Assembly: GCA_002009975.1 (NCBI GenBank)
Contig: MTLP01000009.1
Location: 1-64,000, forward strand
DNA: 64,000 nt
Direction of reading: 5' to 3'
From: Thermococcus sp. JdFR-02
GTDB taxonomy: Archaea; Methanobacteriota_B; Thermococci; Thermococcales; Thermococcaceae
Shown: piece by piece, positions 33,664 to 42,224 of the stretch
Numbering within the stretch: the stretch's first letter is position 1
Layout: every line of letters starts with the position of its first letter
The notes under the pieces: model-generated
What the model was told of the DNA's origin: nothing
Seen by the model: only the letters and a program-made list of their open reading frames with translations
The model's database searches: none
Translations under genes and position numbers: made by a program

Positions 33664-34038
33664 ATGAAGAAGTTTGGAGAAATAATTTATACTCCCGAAT
33701 CTGAGGAAGATGCCGCATTGGCAAAGAGAGAAACCCACACACCGAAAATCGAAGCACCAGATGTTGTAAAGTCTGGTGAAGCCTTTGAAGTAAAGGTTAG
33801 TGTAGGTCCACATCCAAACACCGTTGAACACTCAATTAGGTGGATTGAAGTCTATTTCTATGAAGAAGGAAGACCTTATAACCCAATACTCCTCTCAAGG
33901 GTTCACTTTGAACCTGGCTATGCAGAACCTAAGGTTGTCTTAACGCTTAAGCTCAAGAAGAGTGGAGTAATTCACGCTCTAGAATACTGTAATTTGCATG
34001 GGCTCTGGGAGAATAGAAAGGAAATTAAGGTTGAGTGA
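33664..34038 (+). CDS. Superoxide reductase-like (SORL/neelaredoxin) protein
   Basis: ETHTP, HPNTVEHSIRWI, YCNLHGLW. Confidence 0.9.
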   Translation: MKKFGEIIYTPESEEDAALAKRETHTPKIEAPDVVKSGEAFEVKVSVGPHPNTVEHSIRWIEVYFYEEGRPYNPILLSRVHFEPGYAEPKVVLTLKLKKSGVIHALEYCNLHGLWENRKEIKVE

Positions 34039-34096
34039 TTTTTTTCTTTACCATATCTTTTTTAAACTTTTGAAGTTATATTGGTTAGGTGGTCTT

Positions 34097-34426
34097 ATGA
34101 AAGTTTATGCAAGGGATAAAAAGTATCCACCCGAATATCAGGAAGTTTTAAAGGAGCTTGAAAATATAATTGATCCAATAAGCGGAGACAATATTTTAGA
34201 TGCAAATCTTTTAGCTGGATTGGAAGTTAATGATGACACATTGAAGCTTTGGTTAGCCTTTGAAAGCAACACATGTGATGCTATAATTGGTGGAGTTGCT
34301 GTTTCAAATTCACGCATTATCGGAAATATTATGGAGCGCTTTGCATTAGTTAAATTTCCGAGGGTTTACATTTATGATCTTCACAATAATGTTTTGGCAA
34401 AATTTGAGATGAAGGGTGAAAAATGA
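34097..34426 (+). CDS. DUF59/FeS-assembly-like protein
   Basis: LENIIDPISGDNILDA pattern; start at ATG 34097 after GGTGG. Confidence 0.7.
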   Translation: MKVYARDKKYPPEYQEVLKELENIIDPISGDNILDANLLAGLEVNDDTLKLWLAFESNTCDAIIGGVAVSNSRIIGNIMERFALVKFPRVYIYDLHNNVLAKFEMKGEK

Positions 34427-34773
34427 AGCTGTTTTTAAGAGGTAAAAAGGAAGAAAAGCCTGAGCATAGGGAATTGCCTCCAGAGGTTAGAAGGGTTGCT
34501 GAGCTATTAAAGAAAGTTAAAGATCCAGAGACTGATTTAAATATAGTTGAGGAGGGGTTAGTTTACGGTCTAACAGTTGAAGGCAAAAAAGCTATGATAT
34601 GGCTCAACTTTGCTCGTTCAACGCCAATATGTAAATTCTGTCAGCCAATAGCTATTACCATCCAGAAGAGGATAGTTAGAGATGTTATTTCAGTTCTTGA
34701 GAAAGAGGGATTTAATGAAGTTGAGATATATAATGAGATAGGGCTCCTGCTTGAAAAATGGGGAAAGGAATAA
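34423..34773 (+). CDS. DUF59/FeS-assembly protein
   Basis: LKKVKDPETDLNIVEEGLVYG, TPICKFC. Confidence 0.82.
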   Translation: MKLFLRGKKEEKPEHRELPPEVRRVAELLKKVKDPETDLNIVEEGLVYGLTVEGKKAMIWLNFARSTPICKFCQPIAITIQKRIVRDVISVLEKEGFNEVEIYNEIGLLLEKWGKE

Positions 34774-34796
34774 TCCAGAAAACTTGCATTAGTTCT

Positions 34797-35117
34797 TTAT
34801 ATCTCCTCTATATCATCAAGCTCAACCTTTACTCCCGTCATCTCTTCAACTTCTTCAAACCCATCTTTAAGTTCACGAACTTGCTCTGGATCAAGCTCTA
34901 GAAGTAGAGCCATAAACTCGCCAACATGGGCTTTTTCTTCCCTTGCCACATCTAAAAAGACTTTCTTAATTCTCTCATCTTCTGTAAGTCTTGCCATTTG
35001 TTCATAAAGACTTATGGCATCGAGTTCAGCTATAATTGCCAATCTCAAGGCTTCCATAAGCTCTTCCTTAGAATAAGGTTTATCCCTATTGATCAGAGTA
35101 GGGTTTATTGCTAGCAT
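34797..35117 (-). CDS. Encapsulin-associated ferritin-like (EncFtn/Flp) domain, stand-alone
   Basis: MLAINPTLINRDKPYSKEEL..ELDAISLYEQ..EEKAHVGEF; recalled near-identity to the N-terminus of the Pyrococcus furiosus Flp-encapsulin fusion. Confidence 0.88.
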   Translation of the reverse strand: MLAINPTLINRDKPYSKEELMEALRLAIIAELDAISLYEQMARLTEDERIKKVFLDVAREEKAHVGEFMALLLELDPEQVRELKDGFEEVEEMTGVKVELDDIEEI

Positions 35118-35192
35118 AAAATCACCATTAAATGTTCAACTTTCGACCTAATAAAGTTTGCTAATCAAAAAATAAAACTTACTTTTAAAACC

Positions 35193-35669
35193 TTAGTCAA
35201 CTTCTAAGCTAAAATCCTGATAATCCATCCAAATACCAGTTTTTGAAACAGAATCATACTGTGCTTTAAGCAAATTATAATGGGCTTCTTCAACTTTAGC
35301 TAATTCCCTGAAAATCCTCTTTACTTTTTCATCTTCCACATCTTCCGATGCTTTTTCATAAAATTCCCAAGTTAGCTTTTCTTGTTGCATTCCAATTTCT
35401 ACTGCTTTTATTTCACTGATCTCACCTTCAAACTTTGGGGTGAGCTTTTCAACTATTTCTTTATTCATTTCCGGCTTTTTACCAAGTTCTGCAACCTTCT
35501 CTATTAGCTTTTTTTCAAATTCGTCCCAGTGACCTGCTTCTTCATTTGCCAAGAAGAGGAACATTTTCTTTGCTCTTTCATCTCTTGTCTTCTTTGCAGC
35601 TTCAATGTAAAACCTTAGCTCTGCTTTTTCCACCTCCAAGGCTGTTGCTAAAATTTTGAGTTCTTTCAT
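35193..35669 (-). CDS. Ferritin-like (rubrerythrin-domain) protein
   Basis: Duplicated E..FY / LAxEExxH motifs. Confidence 0.88.
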   Translation of the reverse strand: MKELKILATALEVEKAELRFYIEAAKKTRDERAKKMFLFLANEEAGHWDEFEKKLIEKVAELGKKPEMNKEIVEKLTPKFEGEISEIKAVEIGMQQEKLTWEFYEKASEDVEDEKVKRIFRELAKVEEAHYNLLKAQYDSVSKTGIWMDYQDFSLEVD

Positions 35670-35762
35670 ATTATCACCAAATTAATCTTTGGTTTTAAGA
35701 TAGAAATCCTTTTTGGAAGCAATGGATTTAAAGTGGAAGGATCAAATTTTAACGGTGTTGTC

Positions 35763-36551
35763 ATGAGTCTTGATAGGTTCATTGGAATTAAACCAAAGAA
35801 AGATGAAGGGAAAATTGAAGTTCTAAAAAATCTCCTCAAAGACATTGGTATTGAAGGAGCACGCATTATAGAGGAAAAGGTTGACCAACAGTTTAAGGCA
35901 TTAGAGTATCTGCATAAAAACTTACAAAATAATGAACTTTTCATAAAACTCGTAATTGCAAATGCTTTAGTCAGCTATCAGCTTTCATCAACTGGTGAAA
36001 ATTGGTGGTGGGAGTTTTCAGAATATTTCTCAAAAAAGAGGAAAATCAGCATATATCAAGCTTACAAAGAATTTTTGCCGAGTTCAAAAACAAATAAAAG
36101 ATTAGTTAATGTAAAGTTAAGTCGTCTGGAGAAGGTTAACTCCTTTCTGGAGGGCTTGACTTTAGATGAATTGAAAGCTTATTATCAAAACATGCTTAAA
36201 TTGAACCTTGATCTTGCAAATATTTTGAATGCTGACAAACGTGCTAAAACAATAGTTTTTGCTGTAAAAATGTTTGGCTATGCTTCGAGGATAGTCTTTG
36301 ATGATTTTATCCCATATCCAATGGAGATAGCCATTCCAAAGGATGTTAGGATTAGCAACTATACAAAACGCTTTACGAGTGAAGATCCAACGGGTTTTTG
36401 GAATATGATTGCAAGGGATGTTAAAATTCCTCCTCTTCACATAGATTCGATACTTTGGACTGCATTGGGAAGAGATGAGAGGATTAAGCGTGATTTGAAA
36501 ATATATTTGGGTGAAAAAGCTGAAAAAGTCTTAAAGCTTGTAAATTTATAG
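35763..36551 (+). CDS. Archaeal 8-oxoguanine N-glycosylase/DNA lyase (AGOG)
   Basis: SYQLS..GENWWWEF, KTIVFAVKMFGY, IPPLHIDS. Confidence 0.9.
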   Translation: MSLDRFIGIKPKKDEGKIEVLKNLLKDIGIEGARIIEEKVDQQFKALEYLHKNLQNNELFIKLVIANALVSYQLSSTGENWWWEFSEYFSKKRKISIYQAYKEFLPSSKTNKRLVNVKLSRLEKVNSFLEGLTLDELKAYYQNMLKLNLDLANILNADKRAKTIVFAVKMFGYASRIVFDDFIPYPMEIAIPKDVRISNYTKRFTSEDPTGFWNMIARDVKIPPLHIDSILWTALGRDERIKRDLKIYLGEKAEKVLKLVNL

Positions 36552-36562
36552 GTGGTGGTTTT

Positions 36563-37102
36563 ATGAAGATTGAAAGGATTCAATACCCACCATCCTTAAA
36601 GGATGAGCTTTTAAGATTCGTTTTTAGGGTTTATCAGGGTACTAATGGAGCATATCCAGCTTTAGAATGGGTTGAGAAAAAGCCAAGCATCGATGACTTT
36701 GAAGGATTTAAAAGGGTTTATGAACCTTTTTTAGAATTCAGGCTTGGAAAAGAATTTGATGAGCTCTATGTAGGATATGAGGAGAAAATTATTGGGACAA
36801 TAGCTTTGGTTTATAAATTCGAAGGAAAGGATATTTACTGGGTTCCAGAGGAGCTTAAAAATGAGAAAGTTGGTTTAATTGAGTTCTTCATGGTCGATCC
36901 ACTCTATAAGGGGAGGGGTTATGGTTCAAAGCTTTTGGATTTTGCAATTAAAAGGCTTGGAGAATTAAACAGAGAAGCATATTTGATAACGTTCAAGCAT
37001 TTGGAAGCCTATCAATACTATTTAAGGAAAGGTTTTGAGGAGGTAATGGAGTATAAAGAATTTGTTGTCCTAAAATTCAAAAAAAGGAAGCTCAAAAATT
37101 GA
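36563..37102 (+). CDS. GNAT acetyltransferase
   Basis: VDPLYKGRGYGSKLL, YYLRKGF. Confidence 0.85.
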   Translation: MKIERIQYPPSLKDELLRFVFRVYQGTNGAYPALEWVEKKPSIDDFEGFKRVYEPFLEFRLGKEFDELYVGYEEKIIGTIALVYKFEGKDIYWVPEELKNEKVGLIEFFMVDPLYKGRGYGSKLLDFAIKRLGELNREAYLITFKHLEAYQYYLRKGFEEVMEYKEFVVLKFKKRKLKN

Positions 37103-37628
37103 AGTTTATTTCTTTCATTAATTGTTCATAAAATTCCTCTTTATAGACATCTGGATATTGCATTATATACTCATATTGCTTCTTTAGGATATTGTAGTGA
37201 TTGACTTCCATATCTGCAAGCATGTTGAGGAGGAGTTTTGTTTCTTCATTTGCGGCGAATTGAGATAACTCTCTATACAAAGTTTCACTTGCTTTTTCAG
37301 CTTGCATGGCTATTTCATAAACTTCATCAAGGTTTAAATCCTGTTTACTAACTACTTCTGCCATTTTCTCTGTTATAACCTTAAATTCACCCATCGCTTT
37401 TAATTCAATCATCACTGGTTCTCTTTCTCTACTTCCAAACCTTTCCATCATTCTTTTAATTATTTGTTTATGTTTATCCTCTTCTTTAGCCAGAAATAGA
37501 AGCTCATCTCTTATAATATCACTTTTTGTCAAAGAAGCCATTTTTTCATAAGCTTCTTTTGTTCTGATCTCGGCATTTAGGGCAATATCAAAAACTTCAG
37601 CATCAGAGATTTTCATACCAGTCACCAT
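37092..37628 (-). CDS. Ferritin-like (rubrerythrin-domain) protein
   Basis: LAKEEDKH and LADMEVNHY. Confidence 0.88.
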   Translation of the reverse strand: MVTGMKISDAEVFDIALNAEIRTKEAYEKMASLTKSDIIRDELLFLAKEEDKHKQIIKRMMERFGSREREPVMIELKAMGEFKVITEKMAEVVSKQDLNLDEVYEIAMQAEKASETLYRELSQFAANEETKLLLNMLADMEVNHYNILKKQYEYIMQYPDVYKEEFYEQLMKEINFNF

Positions 37629-37812
37629 AGTTTTATATTAACTTAGACATATTAATATTTTTGGGAATAGCAGTTGTATTTGTAAGTTCCAGAGTGCTGC
37701 ATTTCTGTTTTTAGAGATTTTTTGGTTTTTTGAGACTTCATTCAATGTTTGCATGTTTCCCAGAAAAGGTTATATATTGAAATATTTCTATTTGAAATGT
37801 TAGAGAACAATA

Positions 37813-38541
37813 ATGTATTTCAAGGAGAGTGATATTATGACCCGTATTTCTACGGGAATAGAAGGTTTGGACAAGATGCTTAAAGGTGGTTTAATCCCTG
37901 GGAGGTCTTACCTTATAAAGGGCGGTCCTGGAACCGGTAAGACCACCTTAGCTATTCACTTCTTAATGGAAGGTATAAAAAATGGTGAAAAAGTGCTGTA
38001 TATAACCCTTGAAGAGCCATTGGATATCCTCAAGCAAGATATGAAAAAGCTGGGCTTTGATATTGATAATCCCCTTTTCATGGGAATTGATGCAACACCA
38101 GTTGGAGAGAGAACGCATATATTTGAAGGAACTCACTATGAAGAATTCGCAAAAAGTTTTGGCGAGCTTGTAAAAGCTATAAAGGAGAGGCTGGATACTG
38201 AGAAGTTTACAAGAGTTGTTATAGATCCGATAACTATGGTAAAGTTGACGATAGAGAACAAGCTTGAATATAGGCGGACGTTTATAGGCTTTTTAAAGGA
38301 TCTTGCAAAGTATAATGTTACGCTACTCATAACTTCCGAGCTTCATGAGACTGATCTTGAAGATTACTTAGTTAGCGGGGTAATAGAACTCAAAACGTAT
38401 GAAATTGCAGGAAAGGTTGTTAGGGGGATTAAAATCTTAAAATTTAGAGGGAGCTCATTTGATGAGCAGATAAGACCTTACAGGCTTACAGATAAAGGTA
38501 TTGAAATTTATAGTGAGGAGAATATATTTGTTGGGGATTAA
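37813..38541 (+). CDS. KaiC/RAD55-like single-domain ATPase
   Basis: STGIEGLDKML.GG, GGPGTGKT, TLEE, VVIDPIT, KFRG. Confidence 0.92.
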   Translation: MYFKESDIMTRISTGIEGLDKMLKGGLIPGRSYLIKGGPGTGKTTLAIHFLMEGIKNGEKVLYITLEEPLDILKQDMKKLGFDIDNPLFMGIDATPVGERTHIFEGTHYEEFAKSFGELVKAIKERLDTEKFTRVVIDPITMVKLTIENKLEYRRTFIGFLKDLAKYNVTLLITSELHETDLEDYLVSGVIELKTYEIAGKVVRGIKILKFRGSSFDEQIRPYRLTDKGIEIYSEENIFVGD

Positions 38542-38543
38542 GG

Positions 38544-39146
38544 ATGGAGATTGGGATCCCAAAGCTTGATGAGCTGCTTGGGGAAATTGAGGAGGGCAAT
38601 ATTCTTTTACTCGAAACTATTGGAACTTTGGGGGAGGAAATAGTCCTTGAAATGCTAAAGAAAAATAAAGAAAATGCTGTCGCTTTTGTGACAAAGAAGA
38701 TGCGTGATGAATTCAAGAAAATTCCAGAGCTGGCTAATGTAAAATTAATAGTGCTTGGAGAAGACGTATTTCCAGAGGAACTTTATGCTATCTCCTTTAA
38801 ACTTAGAAATCTATTTGAAGGAGCTCACGTTGGATTTTTCCTTTTACACCCCCTTTTAGTTTTTCACCCTCCTACCACTGTTTACAAGTTCTTTTCGGAG
38901 ATTGCTTCAATAGTTCAGGAAAAGAAAGTAGTGCTAACTGCAATCATTGATAAGCGTCTTGTGGATGAGAGAACCCTTGCAATGTTTGAGAATTTAGCTA
39001 CATATGTCATTGATATTGTAGAGCTCATTCAAGGATTTAAGATCACAAGAGGATTAAGAATTAAAAAGTCTCCAAAAGGGAATACTGGATTTTATAAATT
39101 TGAGATTAGAGACGGGAAGATTGTTATAGGTGAGTTAATTGGATGA
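38544..39146 (+). CDS. Degenerate KaiC/RAD55-like domain (probably inactive)
   Basis: GIPKLDELLG..EG start and RGLRIKKS end, but Walker A replaced by ETIGTLGE. Confidence 0.75.
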   Translation: MEIGIPKLDELLGEIEEGNILLLETIGTLGEEIVLEMLKKNKENAVAFVTKKMRDEFKKIPELANVKLIVLGEDVFPEELYAISFKLRNLFEGAHVGFFLLHPLLVFHPPTTVYKFFSEIASIVQEKKVVLTAIIDKRLVDERTLAMFENLATYVIDIVELIQGFKITRGLRIKKSPKGNTGFYKFEIRDGKIVIGELIG

Positions 39147-39768
39147 ATTTATGTATGTGGTTGTGCTCCTGCAGTTTGTGTTTCTGATAGGATTAGTTTA
39201 TACTCTCCGCATTGAGTTTATTTTGAATAGATACAGCAAGAAAGTGAAAATATTTGCCATTCTGCAGACTATTGGAAGCTGTCTACTGATTGTTGGGATT
39301 TTGGGTTATACCTCAATCACGTATCTGAGTCTTTTCTCTGCAAATAAGCTTTTCTTTATTCTCCTAACGTATATGGGAGCTGCAATTATGATGATACCGT
39401 GTAAATTCTTAAAGCTATTTAAAATAGACAAAGAATTTGTAGCTCAACTTGCTGTAATATTGGTGTTTATGATTTATGCATTCCTTGTTGGTACATCTTA
39501 CAGCGATATTTTCCTTGGAGCAATTGGTATCATTATAATATCCCTGATAAGATCCCTTATCTCAATACGTGCCTTATCAATATTTTTAAAAACTGCTCTT
39601 AGGTTAGCTTCTTGGTTGATAGTTGTTCAAACTTGGGTAAATCCATTAATTCCTGAGACTCCAGTTACATGTGAGCATTTTCTTGCCCTCTTCACTTATT
39701 TTATGAGTCTTCTTTTTTGGCAATACTCTGCAATTAGAATTCACAAGTGCATAAGGGGGTGGATGTGA
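39139..39768 (+). CDS. Hypothetical protein with about 7 TM segments
   Basis: Hydrophobic ORF overlapping the upstream gene's stop; GGTGA RBS before TTG. Confidence 0.7.
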   Translation: MDEFMYVVVLLQFVFLIGLVYTLRIEFILNRYSKKVKIFAILQTIGSCLLIVGILGYTSITYLSLFSANKLFFILLTYMGAAIMMIPCKFLKLFKIDKEFVAQLAVILVFMIYAFLVGTSYSDIFLGAIGIIIISLIRSLISIRALSIFLKTALRLASWLIVVQTWVNPLIPETPVTCEHFLALFTYFMSLLFWQYSAIRIHKCIRGWM

Positions 39769-40358
39769 TGGGATGTTATTCTATTCATGATATCGCTGAC
39801 TTAATCTTTGGTGTTTTTATTCTCATGTGGTACTATTATAACAGAAAAATCGGAAGAAATATCTGGATAGCATTGATTGCTGGATTAATTTTCATTTTAA
39901 CATCACTTTTTTATAATTTTCTTGCTGAATACATCGTCGATATATTGGAATTTTCTGGCTCAGTCCTTTTCCTCTTTCTCTTTGCAAGATTTTTTGAAGA
40001 AACTATCACAGGAGGAAATATTATTAAAGAGGCAGTTGGGGTTTTAGTTATAGCGTTTCTCCTTTTTCTATTTGCCTACATGAAAGGTGTGCAAGGAGCA
40101 TACACTCTTGTACAAGCTGTCATTTTAACATGGATAGGACTTAAACTCTTTAGGAATATTGAGAGGTTTGATATGGGGGACAGAGCGATTTTGTCGCTTA
40201 TAATAACATTTTCTGTATCAAGTGGGGTGTCAAGGATTTTGGATTTGCTAATTCTAAGTGATTTCTTTTATTTTGGTGCAGTATTTCTTTTATTGCTCTC
40301 TATTAGTGAAAAGATGTACATTTCAATGCCGAGGCCTTCTAACTTTTTTAAACGTTAA
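39747..40358 (+). CDS. Hypothetical protein with about 6-7 TM segments
   Basis: Hydrophobic ORF coupled to the previous gene. Confidence 0.7.
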   Translation: MHKGVDVMGCYSIHDIADLIFGVFILMWYYYNRKIGRNIWIALIAGLIFILTSLFYNFLAEYIVDILEFSGSVLFLFLFARFFEETITGGNIIKEAVGVLVIAFLLFLFAYMKGVQGAYTLVQAVILTWIGLKLFRNIERFDMGDRAILSLIITFSVSSGVSRILDLLILSDFFYFGAVFLLLLSISEKMYISMPRPSNFFKR

Positions 40359-40390
40359 TCTTAATTACCTAGAACATATTACTTTGTTTC

Positions 40391-40636
40391 ATGAACATTT
40401 TCATTCCTCTAATCGTTGGTGTAGTAACAGGCTATATATTCAGGGAAAAGCTAAAATACAACTTGGATAAACCCATGAGTGCAACTCTTCTATTCCTTAT
40501 ATTCTTCATGGGAGTAGAGGCTGGAAGAGTTGAGATAAAAGCCATGTCTCTCTTTGTAACCTCTATCATATTTGCCTTTTTCACAATATTGGGGAGCTTG
40601 CTTTTTTCTTTACTTTTGGGAGGGAAGCTAAGATGA
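40391..40636 (+). CDS. LysO/DUF340 family transporter, small subunit
   Basis: LLFLIFFMGVEAG; precedes the large subunit. Confidence 0.8.
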   Translation: MNIFIPLIVGVVTGYIFREKLKYNLDKPMSATLLFLIFFMGVEAGRVEIKAMSLFVTSIIFAFFTILGSLLFSLLLGGKLR

Positions 40637-41217
40637 ACTTTCTTTATTTGGTTTTGATTTCACTTTTTGCAGGACTTTTAGTTGGCAAATACACATCCTA
40701 TGAATTTGGGGATTTGGCATTGTTAATGCTCTATCTCTTAATCTTCATAATTGGATTGGAGATAGGTAAAAGCAGAGGAGTGAAAAGAGAGATTAAGAAG
40801 CTTGGTAAAATAGCTTTGATCTTACCATTGGCAACCATCATTGGCTCTTTGCTTGGAGGAGCTTTTGCCTCTTTTTTACTTAGATTTCCATTGAAATGGG
40901 GAATAGCAGTTTCAGCGGGTTTTGGGTGGTACAGCTTAACGGGACCATTATTAGCAGCATTTTCGCCTATTTATGGTGTGATTGGATTTTTAGCTAACCT
41001 AACAAGGGAGATATTTACGATAATATTCTATCCTCTTGTTATAAAGAGGGTTCCAAAGGAATTGGCAGTTTCTATGGGTGGAGCAACAACTATGGATTCC
41101 ACTTTGCCAGTTTTAGTAAAGTTTGGAGGCAAAGAGATAACGATAATTGCCTTTATTCATGGATTCATTTTAACAGCTATAGCACCATTTTTAATATCAT
41201 TAATTGCACAGCTTTGA
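40633..41217 (+). CDS. LysO/DUF340 family transporter
   Basis: GFGWYSLTG, NLTRE, GGATTMDSTLP. Confidence 0.9.
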   Translation: MNFLYLVLISLFAGLLVGKYTSYEFGDLALLMLYLLIFIIGLEIGKSRGVKREIKKLGKIALILPLATIIGSLLGGAFASFLLRFPLKWGIAVSAGFGWYSLTGPLLAAFSPIYGVIGFLANLTREIFTIIFYPLVIKRVPKELAVSMGGATTMDSTLPVLVKFGGKEITIIAFIHGFILTAIAPFLISLIAQL

Positions 41218-41288
41218 CAAGATGGAAACCATTAAATTTATAAATTCGAACATTTTAGTTTTATTTACAAACTATTGGAGGTGTTTGT

Positions 41289-41468
41289 ATGGATAATGAA
41301 GAATTGGTTTTGGAGGCTATGAAAAAAGCCGGAAAGCCTTTGAGGAGTAAAGAAATAGCGGAACTTACGGGTTTACCAAAGAAGGAAGTTGATAAAATAA
41401 TCAAGGTTCTTAAAAAAGAGGGCAAGATATCATCACCAAAGAGATGCTACTATGCTCCTGTGGAGTGA
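41289..41468 (+). CDS. Small winged-helix protein (59 aa) with C-terminal PKRCYY, not in the ORF track
   Basis: MDNEELVLEAMKKAGKPLRSKEIAELTGLPKKEVDKIIKVLKKEGKISSPKRCYYAPVE*; GGAGGTG RBS and its own TATA box. Confidence 0.85.
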   Translation: MDNEELVLEAMKKAGKPLRSKEIAELTGLPKKEVDKIIKVLKKEGKISSPKRCYYAPVE

Positions 41469-42062
41469 TTATTGATCTCTTGTCTCTCTGTTTTTTAGTA
41501 ACTCTTTTAGAAGTTCTTGGAAATCCTGTTCTGCTTTGATCTTTTTATAGAACTCGTATTCGCTCTTAACAAACTTATAATGTTCTAGTTCATCCTCTGC
41601 AAGCTCTAAAAATATTCTTTTATGTACTGGATCGCGCATCTGTTTTTCTAAAAATGTGTAAACTTCTTTTGCAAGTCTTTCTGAATCCATAGCAGTCTCC
41701 AGCACATTCAAATAATCTCTCACTGTGTCTAACTTACAGTTACATTCTTCAAATGGTTTTATCCAAGTCTCAATATGGATTTCTGTGGGTCTTTCATTTG
41801 GAAAGAGCTCTTTGAATATCTGGGAAACCTTTTCATCATGAGATTTTTCAGTTTCAAGGAACTGTTTAAACTTATTTTTTAAATACGGCTCATCGATTTT
41901 CTTGTATAGGAAGGCATATAATCTTGTTGCATCCCTTTCCCCTTTTATTGCATAGCTGAGAATATCCTTGAGAGGCAATTTTGAAATTTTCTTTAAGGTC
42001 TCTCTTATTTTTTCCTCAGCCTCTCCCTCTTCCATAAAGTAATCTATAGGCTTTTTCTTCAT
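41469..42062 (-). CDS. Ferritin-like (rubrerythrin-domain) protein
   Basis: ETEKSH, SERLAKEVY, LAEDELEHY. Confidence 0.85.
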   Translation of the reverse strand: MKKKPIDYFMEEGEAEEKIRETLKKISKLPLKDILSYAIKGERDATRLYAFLYKKIDEPYLKNKFKQFLETEKSHDEKVSQIFKELFPNERPTEIHIETWIKPFEECNCKLDTVRDYLNVLETAMDSERLAKEVYTFLEKQMRDPVHKRIFLELAEDELEHYKFVKSEYEFYKKIKAEQDFQELLKELLKNRETRDQ

Positions 42063-42075
42063 AATCTTTTCACCA

Positions 42076-42092
42076 TATCACCCTTTGTGATA
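42076..42092. promoter_or_regulatory. Perfect Thermococcales Glycolytic Motif (TrmBL1/Tgr site)
   Basis: TATCAC-CCTTT-GTGATA equals the consensus TATCAC-N5-GTGATA; lies between the TATA box and start of the 41469-42062 gene. Confidence 0.8.
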
Positions 42093-42205
42093 AAATAGTT
42101 TTTTTGATTTAAAACTTTTTGTTTGGCAGATTTAGACTAAAAATACTAAATTGCGGAGATCCCTATATTTTGGAGGTTATGTAAGAATAAAGCTTATAAA
42201 ATTTC

Positions 42206-42219
42206 ATGACACATGTCAT
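42206..42219. promoter_or_regulatory. Palindrome just downstream of the fprA TATA box
   Basis: ATGACA-CA-TGTCAT. Confidence 0.4.
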
Positions 42220-42224
42220 AATAG

